Assembly: GCA_944377365.1 (NCBI GenBank)
Contig: CALWEQ010000008.1
Span: forward strand, 1,480 to 65,479
Direction: 5' to 3'
Source of the DNA: an uncultured Clostridia bacterium
GTDB taxonomy: Bacteria > Bacillota > Clostridia > Christensenellales > UBA1242
DNA: 64,000 nt
Under the pieces are notes generated by a model. It saw only the letters and a list, made by a program, of their open reading frames with translations, had not been told where the DNA came from and did no database searches. A program made the position numbers and the translations under genes. The first letter of the stretch is position 1; each line of letters starts with the position of its first letter. This document shows, piece by piece, positions 18,113 through 27,604 of the stretch.

Positions 18113-18702
18113 ACTATTAAAACAACAACATTTTTATTTGCGTGAAGAAAAGTTTGTTTAAATGAAAGTAAGCTAAATTAATAAAATAAAATTTAAAAAT
18201 AATAATTAGCAAAAAAATTATACAAAAATCATAAAAAACAAGTAAAAATTGTTAAAAATATTAAAATTTATTAAAATTTTTAAAAAAATTAAAAATAAAC
18301 GATTTAATGAGCATGAATCAAAATCTACAAGCTTTGACGAAAAGATCATTGCCAGATTACAAAAATCGTGGCGAGAGAAAGAGCTTTTTAAAACTGTTGA
18401 GCAGGCATTTAGAATAAATATTCAATGATATAAGACATCGCACATAAAAAAGTGTGTTATTTTTTGTTAAGCTTCATTAATTGAAGTTTTGCAAGTAATT
18501 TTATTTAATTTTTTTATTAAAAATAGGAAAATTTTAAATGCGTATTTGTGATAGTTTTACTTAAATGTTGCACTCCTTTATTAAACATTACAGAACTTAC
18601 AATTTGTATAACAACATATTGTTTCATAGACAAAGGCAGACAACCTTCGATTTGGTTAGCTCAGTAAAAATTTTTAATTTTGTTTAAAAAACCATTAGAT
18701 TT

Positions 18703-18864
18703 TTAATTTTTTGTTATAGAGAGGATTACTCCTTCTTTAATTCCACTTGGGGTAATATAATTTTCTACCAAAATCTGTGTAGGATTTATGTCGTACTTTT
18801 CAGCTATTGCGCTTAATGTGTCGCCTTTTTTAACTATATAGAAAGGCAAATAATTTTTTTGCAT
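18703..18864 (-). CDS. Small single-LysM protein (53 aa), below the ORF-track cutoff
   Basis: My translation: MQKNYLPFYIVKKGDTLSAIAEKYDINPTQILVENYITPSGIKEGVILSITKN; GAGGTG RBS; LysM motif YIVKKGDTLSAIA. Confidence 0.85.
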   Translation of the reverse strand: MQKNYLPFYIVKKGDTLSAIAEKYDINPTQILVENYITPSGIKEGVILSITKN

Positions 18865-18932
18865 TTTTCACCTCTTTTTTTCTTTATTGTATTATTTTAA
18901 ATTTTAATTAATACATTTAATTTGGAGGCAAA

Positions 18933-20462
18933 ATGAAATCGCTTGTTAAAACCGTTGTCCTAATAACAGGTTTTTCTGTTTTAATTAGAATATTTGGATT
19001 TTTGTTTAGAATTTATCTTTCTCGAACACTCGGTGCAGAAGCATTAGGACTTTATCAGGTGGCATTTTCTGTGTTTATGGTTCTTATGACAATAATTAGT
19101 AGTGGCCTTCCTTTCATTATTTCAAGAATGTGCGCCTCTTTTAGAATAAATGGTGACAAAAAAAAGCAAGGCAAACTCATCAGTTCTGCTTTGATTTTAG
19201 GAGTGTTTGAAAGCATTGCTATTTGTGGAATTGTTGTGCTCTGTCAAAATTTATTTAAAGGTTTGTTTACTGATGAGGCTTGTGTTTGGATCTTGCTTGC
19301 TTTACTTCCTGCGTTGGTCTTTTCGTCAGTTTATAGTGTTTTTCGTGGTGCGCTTTGGGGGCAAGATAACTATTTTGCTCTTTGCGTAAGCGAATTTTTT
19401 GAGCAGATAGTTCGAATTTTGGTGTGCGTGTTGATTCTTGTTCCTACTGCGTCAAATTTAACAAAAGCTGTCGGTGTTGCATGGTCACTAACTATTGCTT
19501 GTGCTGTTTCAGCCATATTTGTTGTTTTGTTGTATTTCATTTATGGCGGGTCACTCTCAAAACCTGGCAGTGAATACAAAGAGCTCGTCAAACGTTCGAC
19601 GCCAATAACAGGAGTTAGAGTTGCAGGAAGTTTAGCACAACCCCTTATAGCGCTAATAGTGCCATCGCGTCTTATTGGAGCTGGCTACACATCTTCGCAG
19701 GCGATGGCGCTTTATGGAGTTGCCGTTGGAATGACGATGCCTCTTCTTTTCGTGCCGACTACGCTGATTGGCTCTCTTTCTACGGCACTTGTCCCAGACA
19801 TTTCTATGGCGCTAGTAAAGGAAGACAAAAACCACATAGAATCGAGGATAAGAAGCTCGATTATTTTCACAATTTTTGTTTCTGCATTGGCGGTTCCACT
19901 TTTTGTTGGTGCGGGAGAGTTGATAGGAGAATTTTTATTTGGCAATCCTCTAAGTGGAACAATTTTGGCTGGAAGCGCTTGGATTATGATACCAATGGGA
20001 TTAAACAATATCACATCATCATTATTAAACTCGTTAGGTTATGAAATCAAATCATGCATGAACTATTTTATTGGTGCGACAATAATGTTTGTGTTAATAT
20101 GGTTTTTGCCGTCAATTTGTGGAATTAATTCACTTTTTTGGGGAATGGGTGTGTGCATGTGCGTTACTAGTGGTTTAAATTTTTTAATGCTAAAACGGAA
20201 AACTGGAATAAAACTCAAAATTTTTAAATCAATTTGTTTTTTGGTTTTGATTACTGTTCCTTGCTCTGCGATTGTGTCGTTTGTTGCAACGTTATGTAGC
20301 ATTGTTATGCCTTCAGTTGTCGCGATTATTTTATCTTGTATGGTTGGTGGAGTGTTTTTTGTTTTGCTCTGCATGGTTTTCAATGTCGTTGATGTCAAAG
20401 GTTACCTCAATCAGCTCGTGAGCAAATTTAAAATTAACAAAAAAGTAAAAAAATCGACTTAA
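18933..20462 (+). CDS. MOP-superfamily flippase, SpoVB-like
   Basis: GFLFRIYLSR.LGAEALGLYQ, EQIVRI, many TM helices; followed by DUF421 and DUF4363 genes. Confidence 0.8.
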   Translation: MKSLVKTVVLITGFSVLIRIFGFLFRIYLSRTLGAEALGLYQVAFSVFMVLMTIISSGLPFIISRMCASFRINGDKKKQGKLISSALILGVFESIAICGIVVLCQNLFKGLFTDEACVWILLALLPALVFSSVYSVFRGALWGQDNYFALCVSEFFEQIVRILVCVLILVPTASNLTKAVGVAWSLTIACAVSAIFVVLLYFIYGGSLSKPGSEYKELVKRSTPITGVRVAGSLAQPLIALIVPSRLIGAGYTSSQAMALYGVAVGMTMPLLFVPTTLIGSLSTALVPDISMALVKEDKNHIESRIRSSIIFTIFVSALAVPLFVGAGELIGEFLFGNPLSGTILAGSAWIMIPMGLNNITSSLLNSLGYEIKSCMNYFIGATIMFVLIWFLPSICGINSLFWGMGVCMCVTSGLNFLMLKRKTGIKLKIFKSICFLVLITVPCSAIVSFVATLCSIVMPSVVAIILSCMVGGVFFVLLCMVFNVVDVKGYLNQLVSKFKINKKVKKST

Positions 20463-20519
20463 CAAAGCAATTATTTTAATTTGTGTTTTAAAAATTAACA
20501 TATCGCCCATACTAGCTGT

Positions 20520-21236
20520 ATGTTAACGATAATATTGCGTTCAATTATTATTTACATTGTAGTGCTTTTTCTGTTTAGGATTATGGGCAAACGTCAGCTT
20601 GGTCAAATGCAACCGTTTGAGCTTGTTTTAACCTTGATTATTGCTGACCTTGCTACTATCCCAATGGCAGAAATTGGAGTGCCAGTCCTTCATGGAATTA
20701 TTCCGCTACTTACACTAGTGATTTTGCATTTTATATTAACGCTTTTGTGTAGAATTAGTGCAAAATTTTCAATGTTAGTAAGTGGCAAGCCTGTCATCAT
20801 CATCAATCCAAAGGGGATTGATTACAAATCATTAAAAAAACTAAACATCTCAATAGACGACGTTTTTGAAGCAATGCGTGGGCTTGGTTATTTTTCACTT
20901 GATCAAGTCGAGTATGCAATCATGGAGACAAATGGCAAATTAAGTGTTTTATCAAAATCTAGTGTGTCGCCAGTAACAAACGAAAACTTAAAGATTCATG
21001 TAGCGCCATCAGTTGTTCCCATCAACATTGTAAGTGAAGGTAGGATAATGAAGGACAATTTAAAAGAAGCACATGTTAGTGAAGAATTTATTATAGATTT
21101 TCTACATAAAAAAATAAGCAACAAAGCCAAAGTAAAAGACGTGTTAGTAATGACTATAGATAAAAATGGTTTGGTTTATTTACAAATGATGAAAGGTGAA
21201 AGTCAAATATTTAAGAATGTGAGGAGAGTGGCATGA
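20520..21236 (+). CDS. DUF421 (YetF/YrbG-like) membrane protein
   Basis: RIMGKRQLGQMQPFE, GKPVIII, AIMETNGKLSV. Confidence 0.9.
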   Translation: MLTIILRSIIIYIVVLFLFRIMGKRQLGQMQPFELVLTLIIADLATIPMAEIGVPVLHGIIPLLTLVILHFILTLLCRISAKFSMLVSGKPVIIINPKGIDYKSLKKLNISIDDVFEAMRGLGYFSLDQVEYAIMETNGKLSVLSKSSVSPVTNENLKIHVAPSVVPINIVSEGRIMKDNLKEAHVSEEFIIDFLHKKISNKAKVKDVLVMTIDKNGLVYLQMMKGESQIFKNVRRVA

Positions 21237-21628
21237 AAATTTTTTCTCGCGTTGTTATATTTTTAATATTTCTATTGCTAATATTTTTTTGTGTGCTTGA
21301 AGACGCTCTGTCTAGTAGTGCCTTACAAGATTTACAAAACGATTGTGCGCGTATCGAACAACTTTCGCTTGAAAAAGATAATCTTCGCGATATTGGACTT
21401 ACTCTTGCAGTGGACACTTTGGAATATAATTGGACAGCAAACGAAAGTAATTTGTGTTATTTAGTAAACCATAAAAGTATTCAAGAAGTGGGTGTCGAAA
21501 TTTCTAAATTAAAAGTTTATCAATCTGAAAATGATGTGAAGGAGTTTAAAGCTTCATTGGAAGCTGTAAAATTTTATGCACACAGTTATAGGCATTTTAT
21601 GGGCGCTAATTTACACAATGTAATTTAA
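21233..21628 (+). CDS. DUF4363-like protein
   Basis: N-terminal TM, W......YLVNH, C-terminal L.NVI; ATGA overlap with the DUF421 gene. Confidence 0.65.
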   Translation: MKIFSRVVIFLIFLLLIFFCVLEDALSSSALQDLQNDCARIEQLSLEKDNLRDIGLTLAVDTLEYNWTANESNLCYLVNHKSIQEVGVEISKLKVYQSENDVKEFKASLEAVKFYAHSYRHFMGANLHNVI

Positions 21629-21689
21629 TATTATCTGAAGTTGAGCCAAGCGGCGTGAAGCGACATTTGAGCGAAACTGATGTTTATTC

Positions 21690-21774
21690 AAACTGTGATG
21701 CTATGCGAGAGCATAGGAAATTCGTTAGAATTTCAAAAATTTTATGTTAATAAAATTTTTACATCACATAGTTT
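21690..21774. other. Four-way-junction (cloverleaf) intergenic element
   Basis: Closing stem tgtgatg/catcaca encloses three abutting hairpins: ctatgc-GAGA-gcatag, gaaattc-GTTA-gaatttc, aaaaattttat-GTTA-ataaaattttt. Confidence 0.8.
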
Positions 21775-21786
21775 ATATTATTAAAA

Positions 21787-21806
21787 AATCCGCTTTAAAG
21801 CGGATT
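21787..21806. terminator. Terminator between convergent genes
   Basis: aatccgctt/aagcggatt hairpin flanked by A and T runs. Confidence 0.65.
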
Positions 21807-21810
21807 AATT

Positions 21811-22956
21811 TTAATAAACACGTTCTTTCTTAATTGAAACGCCGACAACTATTCCAACTATTATTGCGGCAGCGGCTGCTATTCCAACAACAATCCAAAT
21901 TATAGTGTTTGGCGACATTCCTTGTGAAGTTGTTACTTGCGCACTTCGAATTTCGTAAATAGGCTGTGCGCCAGACGTTGTTGGGTCTTGGTCATATATA
22001 TAACAAACTGCTGTCCAAGTGCCTTCTTTTTCTGTGTCGAAGAAAAAGCTTGGCCCATTTCTGTATGGTTCATCATTTATCAATGCGTGTTGGGTAGACG
22101 AATCAGTTATGTCATTTGTAGTAAGAACATATTCAAGTCCATCACGACCGGTGCCTTCAATTTTCCAAACTATATAATCTCTATTTAAATATTGGCATTC
22201 TTCGCTTAGGGAAAACATGTAAGCAGATTTCATTCCTTCTTGAGAGCTTTGTTCGCTGACATTTATGGTAGGTTCTGCTTTAATGCTGTCTATTGGTGTT
22301 GGCAAGATTTGGTAAATTGCGCTTGTGTAGGAATTTTCACATTCAAACGAAAAGATGTACATGCCCCAACCGCCATGCAGGTCATAAGATGAAGAGCCAG
22401 TTTCTTGTGACTGCGCGAAAACTGAGGAAGCGCTGTAATTGTTTGCAACGTCTGAAAAATTGTTGTCAATAGTAAAAGTAAAACTGTCAATTATCTCTGA
22501 TTTGTTTTGAGCTGTCTGCGAAATAAGTGTTCTTGGTAAAGTTGCTTTAGTGGTAAAGTCTGCCGAGCCATTGTTTATTATTGCAGGAGTCCATGAAACA
22601 GAGTAACTGTAAGAGTAACGGTCGCGATCTTGCAGTGAAGAAAGGTTAAAATTTACAGCAAAGCTTTTTACGTCTTTCCAATAATAAGTTAAAACAGAGT
22701 AATTTTCCTCTTCTGTGTTGTTAAATTTAAGTGTAGTTGTCGTCTGATCGCTAGGTGACAATGATTCGTAGTTTGAATTTCTAACAGTAATTTGTAAATC
22801 ACTAGAAAAAGCATAAGTGCTTGCACCTGAAAGACTTGTTGATGGAATTGAAAAAAAACTAGCAATCAAAAAGATAGCTAAAAAAACCATTAAAGGTGTT
22901 AAAATTGTCCAATTTAAGATTTTTGTTTTTTTCATAATCTCCTCACTTTGATTCAA
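21811..22956 (-). CDS. Secreted, C-terminally membrane-anchored Ser/Thr-rich protein (likely start ~22935)
   Basis: N-terminal signal or TM segment, beta-rich body, C-terminal hydrophobic helix plus KKERVY tail; GAGG RBS before MKKTKIL. Confidence 0.7.
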   Translation of the reverse strand: MNQSEEIMKKTKILNWTILTPLMVFLAIFLIASFFSIPSTSLSGASTYAFSSDLQITVRNSNYESLSPSDQTTTTLKFNNTEEENYSVLTYYWKDVKSFAVNFNLSSLQDRDRYSYSYSVSWTPAIINNGSADFTTKATLPRTLISQTAQNKSEIIDSFTFTIDNNFSDVANNYSASSVFAQSQETGSSSYDLHGGWGMYIFSFECENSYTSAIYQILPTPIDSIKAEPTINVSEQSSQEGMKSAYMFSLSEECQYLNRDYIVWKIEGTGRDGLEYVLTTNDITDSSTQHALINDEPYRNGPSFFFDTEKEGTWTAVCYIYDQDPTTSGAQPIYEIRSAQVTTSQGMSPNTIIWIVVGIAAAAAIIVGIVVGVSIKKERVY

Positions 22957-23109
22957 TGATATTTTTCAATTATTTTTTTTGCAGTTCACAGATTGATAAA
23001 TATAATATAGCACAAAAGAAAAATTCTTAAAAATATTTTTGACATATTGTTCAAAAATGTTTCCAAGAAATTGTTTGACTTTAATGTTTTTAGGATTTAT
23101 AATAAAAAC

Positions 23110-23865
23110 ATGTTAGAAGAAGTAATAATTAAAGAAGAATTAGAAGAAGAGAGTTCAATATTGCCAAAGTCGATTGTTTCGGCAAAGAGTTATGATTGGG
23201 TGGAAGACGAAACGCTTGCAATTTTGATAAAAAAACCTATTTCTGCTTTGGATGTTTGTGGGAAAAGTTTAATTGATTGGGTGGCTCTTGCTTGCGGAAA
23301 AATGCAAAAAGTCATTATTGACGAAGTAAACGAAGAGGATTTGTTGCAAGCTTTAAAGCCTTATGCCGAAACAAAGAAATATCTGCTAGTTTTGTTTGGT
23401 GACACTCCTTTGCTTGAAAAATCAACAGTGGCACAAGCGTTAGATTATTTTGCAAGTAAAAATTTGAGTGCTATGGTTTTGCCAAGAGGGTATGTGTTTT
23501 CTTGTGATTATATAAAAACAACAGATGTTATATTTTCACCAGTAAGAAAATCTTTTGCTCCAGAACAATTTTTACAGGTTAGTTCTCCAAAAGAGATAAG
23601 CGATGCTTTCGAAGTATTGTCTCAACGAATTCGTGATTATCACAAAGCCAACGGTGTTGTTTTAATGGGGGAGAAAAGCATTTTTATTGATGCCGATGTC
23701 GAAATTGAGGCCGGAGTAATTATTGAGCCAATGAATGTTTTAAAAGGTAGCACAATTATTGAAGAAAATTGTTTTTTAAAAAGTGGAAATATCATTGTCG
23801 ACACACTAGTCCAAAAAGGAACTACTCTTTGTGCGGAGCACTTGGTGATGGGGAAGCGCTTATGA
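23110..23865 (+). CDS. Degenerate, truncated GlmU-like protein
   Basis: DVCGKSLIDWV, VLFGDTPLL and RIRDYHKANGV..IFIDADVEIEAGVIIEP hexapeptides; occupies the glmU position upstream of pth; lacks the LAAGxGTRM motif. Start ATG 23110 (track start is TTG 23047). Confidence 0.7.
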   Translation: MLEEVIIKEELEEESSILPKSIVSAKSYDWVEDETLAILIKKPISALDVCGKSLIDWVALACGKMQKVIIDEVNEEDLLQALKPYAETKKYLLVLFGDTPLLEKSTVAQALDYFASKNLSAMVLPRGYVFSCDYIKTTDVIFSPVRKSFAPEQFLQVSSPKEISDAFEVLSQRIRDYHKANGVVLMGEKSIFIDADVEIEAGVIIEPMNVLKGSTIIEENCFLKSGNIIVDTLVQKGTTLCAEHLVMGKRL

Positions 23866-24365
23866 AAATTTTAATAGGGCTTGGCAATCCGGGGAAGGAG
23901 TACGAAAAGACTTTCCATAATATGGGCTTTGAAGTAATTGACAACCTTGCGAAAAAACTTGGCGTAAAACTTTCAAAAAAAAATTTTAAAGCTGTTTATG
24001 GTGAAATAAAAATAAATGGGCAAAAAATCATTTTGGCCAAACCTCAAACTTTTATGAATTTGTCCGGCGAAAGTGTTTTGATGTTTAAAAACAAGTTTAA
24101 AGATGCGGATATCGTTGTAATATGTGATGATTTTGATTTAGAAAAGGGCAAAATACGTTTTAGAACGCATGGGAGCGGGGGCACGCACAACGGTCTTCGC
24201 AACATTGTCAATCTTATAGGACAAGATTTTTCGAGACTGAGAGTTGGAATTGGACAGCCCGACAAACAAATAGTTGAGTTTGTGTTATCAAAGATGGACA
24301 ATACTTTTGATGACATTATTGAGAAAGCAACAGATGAATTAATTAAAGTTTGCACTTTAAACTAA
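23862..24365 (+). CDS. pth: Peptidyl-tRNA hydrolase
   Basis: LIGLGNPG..Y..T.HN.GF, KPQTFMNLSG, GGTHNG, RLRVGI; ATG 23862 overlaps the upstream stop. Confidence 0.95.
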   Translation: MKILIGLGNPGKEYEKTFHNMGFEVIDNLAKKLGVKLSKKNFKAVYGEIKINGQKIILAKPQTFMNLSGESVLMFKNKFKDADIVVICDDFDLEKGKIRFRTHGSGGTHNGLRNIVNLIGQDFSRLRVGIGQPDKQIVEFVLSKMDNTFDDIIEKATDELIKVCTLN

Positions 24366-24389
24366 ACAAAACTATGAATTTTAAAAATT

Positions 24390-27300
24390 ATGGATAAGAT
24401 TTTAGAGCTTTTAAAAAATTCACCTTTAGCAAAACATGACCATTTCAGCGGTGTAAAATTGGGTGAAAAGACACTTATAATTGCGTTAAGAAAGCGGGGT
24501 GTAATTCTCGTCGCAGATTTTGTTGAGGCAGTAAAATTAAAACGTAATTTATCTTCCCTAGGCTGTAAATGCGAAATAATTTCTTGTGGTAGAGAAGTTG
24601 GAACAGAAGATGATGAAAACCTCTTGCCTTTTGTTTCAAGTGTTAGCAAATTTTTGTTAAAAAAAATAGATTTTTTAATTTTTTTACCCAATTCGATTGT
24701 TACAAAATTTGACAGGAAGAGCTTTGATGAACCGATTATATTGAATGAAAATGATGAAGTTGAAATATCAAAATTAGCAGAAAGTCTTGTTGAAAAAGGC
24801 TATAAAAGAGTTGACCTCGTTTCTCGCCCAGGAGAATTTGCAGTACGAGGAGATATTTTCGATATTTTCGCTATTTCATGCGAAAAGCCAATAAGATGTG
24901 ATTTTTTTGATAATTTGATAGAAAAAATATCATATTTTGATCCGAGCGATATGAAAACTGGGGAAAAAATCAAAAGGATATCATTGTATCCTGCTGTTTT
25001 GCTTAAAGGTGGTCAAAATGTGTGTTCGCTTTCTGATTGTGTAATTTTAGATCAAACTGAAAGGTTAGAACAAGCTGTTGACCTAGTGCTAGCTGGGCTG
25101 AAAGTAATGCAAGGTTTTTCTGACAAAGACTATTCATGTTTTAAAGACATCTCTGCTACTCTTACTTTCTCTTTAAGTGGAGGGGAAGACTTAAAAAGTG
25201 TTGCGGAAACAAGTTATGTGCATTCGTTCAATCAGCTAGTAATTGATATAAAAGCATTCGACCCATCAAAAAACAAAATATTGCTTTTTGCAGGAGAAAA
25301 CAAAAACAGAATAAAAAACTTTTTAAGTGGACAGGAGATTTCTTTTATTGATTTCGATGAAGGAAATTTTGAAGCGCCAGGTGTTTACGTAAGCCAAAAA
25401 TATTTTCCTAGTTCTTTTGATTTTTCTTCTCTAAACTTGATTGCAATTGGATCTGACAATCTTTCGAAACCCAAAGCGACGAAAATCACTTCTGCGAAAA
25501 AAGACGTTTTTTATCAACCAAAAATTGGCGAGTACGTCGTGCATGAATATCACGGCATTGGTCGATGTGTGGGTATAGAAAGATTAAGGCTTTCTGATTG
25601 TGAAAAAGATTACTTTGTAATTGAATATCGTGGCGGAGGAATGCTTTATTTGCCAAGCGAACAGGCGAGTTTGCTTTCAGCATATGTTGGTGGAGAAAGC
25701 ACTCCGCATATGAACGCACTTGGAGGGCGCGAGTTTGAACAACTAAAAAAACGCGTAAAAGAAAAACTTCAAGGTTTTGCATTGGAGCTTATGAAGCTTT
25801 ACAAAGAGCGTGAAGATGCAAAGGGGTTTGCTTTTAAGTCTGAGCAATTTCTGGAAAATGAATTTGCAAATTCGTTCGAATTTGAACCCACGCAGGATCA
25901 AATTACAGCCGCAAACGATGTTTTAAATGATATGGCATCAACAAAAATTATGGATCGTTTGCTTTGTGGAGATGTTGGCTTTGGCAAAACTGAGGTTGCC
26001 TACCGAGCAATCTTTAGAGCAGTCATCAACTCAAAGCAGGTGGCTTTTTTGTGCCCAACCACAGTTTTAAGCGAACAGCATTTTCTAAATGCAAAAAAGC
26101 GGTTTGAAAATTTTGGCGTTAGAATAGAAGTTCTAAATCGTTTCAAAACGCAAGTTCAAGAAAAAGACATTTTAAGCAGGCTCGAAAAAGGTGAAATTGA
26201 TGTTTTAATTGGAACTCATAAGATTTTGTCAAAAAACATTGTGTTTAAGGATTTGGGTTTGCTTGTTATTGATGAAGAACAACGATTTGGGGTTGTTGCA
26301 AAAGAAAAAATCAAAAACATTAGAAAGAATATTGATGTCTTAGCACTTTCTGCCACCCCAATTCCACGAACTTTGCATATGTCACTTTCTGGGATAAGGG
26401 ATATATCAGTTATTGCTACTCCACCTCGTGATCGCCTGCCTATTCAAACTTATGTTGCGGAAGAAGATGACGAGATAACAAAAAGTGTTTTGTTGCGAGA
26501 AATTGCCCGAGGAGGTAAGGCTTTTGTTATTTACAACAGAGTACAATCAATATTTAATGTTGCATCGAATTTGATGAAAATGCTTCCTCAAGCAAAAATT
26601 GGGGTGGCGCATGGTCAAATGAGTGAAAAAGAATTGCAATCCGTCATTGACAAACTTTTTAAAGGCGAATACAATGTGTTTATATCTACAACTTTGATTG
26701 AAAACGGAATAGATTTGCCATCGGCAAACACTATGATAATTTATGATGCCGACCTGCTTGGACTTGGACAACTCTATCAACTTCGAGGGCGAGTAGGTCG
26801 AAGCGATAAATTGAGTTATGCATATTTGTTTTATAAAAGAGGAAAATTGCTAACGGAAGCTTCTTACAAGCGATTAGAAGCTATAAAAGAATTCCATGAC
26901 CTTGGCAGTGGTTTTAAAATTGCGATGCGTGACTTGGAAATTCGTGGAGCTGGCAACATATTTGGCAAAGAACAGCACGGTCATATAGAAAAAGTTGGTT
27001 ATGATATGTTTGTAAAGCTGTTGAACGAAACAGTTGGTGAGATTTCAGGACAAAAAACAGAATTAGAGCGACCAGTTAAAATAGATCTGCCACTTGATGC
27101 TTACATTCCCGAAACCTATCTTTCAACCAGTGAACAACGCATTTCATATTATATGAAAATAAGTGAAATTTCAACTCGAGAACAAATGCAAGGCGTTCTT
27201 GAAAGCTTGCAAGACGGGTTTGGAGATGTGCCAGTTCAAACCGAAAACCTTGTTAAAATAGCCTATATAAAAAATCTTGCCATGAAGTTTGGGGTAAAAG

Positions 27301-27506
27301 AAGTCAAAATGAGGGGAGATGAAATAAATATTGTTTTGTATAAAGATGAAAAGATCGCAGATGAAAGGCTGGTTAAAGTTTTGTCAAATCATAATGCAAG
27401 TTTAAGATTTGAAAACTTGCCAATAATCAAAATGCCACGAAATAAAACCATGTCAAAAAGTTTAGATGGCATTATAGACTTTTTTGAGATGGCAAATAAA
27501 TCTTAA
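24390..27506 (+). CDS. mfd: Transcription-repair coupling factor (N-terminus shortened)
   Basis: CarD-like VVHEYHGIG, GDVGFGKT, IDEEQRFG, SATPIPRT, QLRGRVGR, RDLEIRGAG, TRCF C-terminal domain. Confidence 0.96.
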   Translation: MDKILELLKNSPLAKHDHFSGVKLGEKTLIIALRKRGVILVADFVEAVKLKRNLSSLGCKCEIISCGREVGTEDDENLLPFVSSVSKFLLKKIDFLIFLPNSIVTKFDRKSFDEPIILNENDEVEISKLAESLVEKGYKRVDLVSRPGEFAVRGDIFDIFAISCEKPIRCDFFDNLIEKISYFDPSDMKTGEKIKRISLYPAVLLKGGQNVCSLSDCVILDQTERLEQAVDLVLAGLKVMQGFSDKDYSCFKDISATLTFSLSGGEDLKSVAETSYVHSFNQLVIDIKAFDPSKNKILLFAGENKNRIKNFLSGQEISFIDFDEGNFEAPGVYVSQKYFPSSFDFSSLNLIAIGSDNLSKPKATKITSAKKDVFYQPKIGEYVVHEYHGIGRCVGIERLRLSDCEKDYFVIEYRGGGMLYLPSEQASLLSAYVGGESTPHMNALGGREFEQLKKRVKEKLQGFALELMKLYKEREDAKGFAFKSEQFLENEFANSFEFEPTQDQITAANDVLNDMASTKIMDRLLCGDVGFGKTEVAYRAIFRAVINSKQVAFLCPTTVLSEQHFLNAKKRFENFGVRIEVLNRFKTQVQEKDILSRLEKGEIDVLIGTHKILSKNIVFKDLGLLVIDEEQRFGVVAKEKIKNIRKNIDVLALSATPIPRTLHMSLSGIRDISVIATPPRDRLPIQTYVAEEDDEITKSVLLREIARGGKAFVIYNRVQSIFNVASNLMKMLPQAKIGVAHGQMSEKELQSVIDKLFKGEYNVFISTTLIENGIDLPSANTMIIYDADLLGLGQLYQLRGRVGRSDKLSYAYLFYKRGKLLTEASYKRLEAIKEFHDLGSGFKIAMRDLEIRGAGNIFGKEQHGHIEKVGYDMFVKLLNETVGEISGQKTELERPVKIDLPLDAYIPETYLSTSEQRISYYMKISEISTREQMQGVLESLQDGFGDVPVQTENLVKIAYIKNLAMKFGVKEVKMRGDEINIVLYKDEKIADERLVKVLSNHNASLRFENLPIIKMPRNKTMSKSLDGIIDFFEMANKS

Positions 27507-27604
27507 AAAATAGTCGAAATTGCTTGAAAAACAAAAGGAAATATTGTATACTAACAGAGTGCTAAAAACTAGAAAATAAAATTCAAGACTTGTTTTGGAG
27601 TGTT

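Noticed and set aside
21631-21690. Hammerhead ribozyme (CGAAAC and CTGATG words present)
   Set aside because: The core words are in the wrong order, CUGANGA is incomplete and the required stems are missing.
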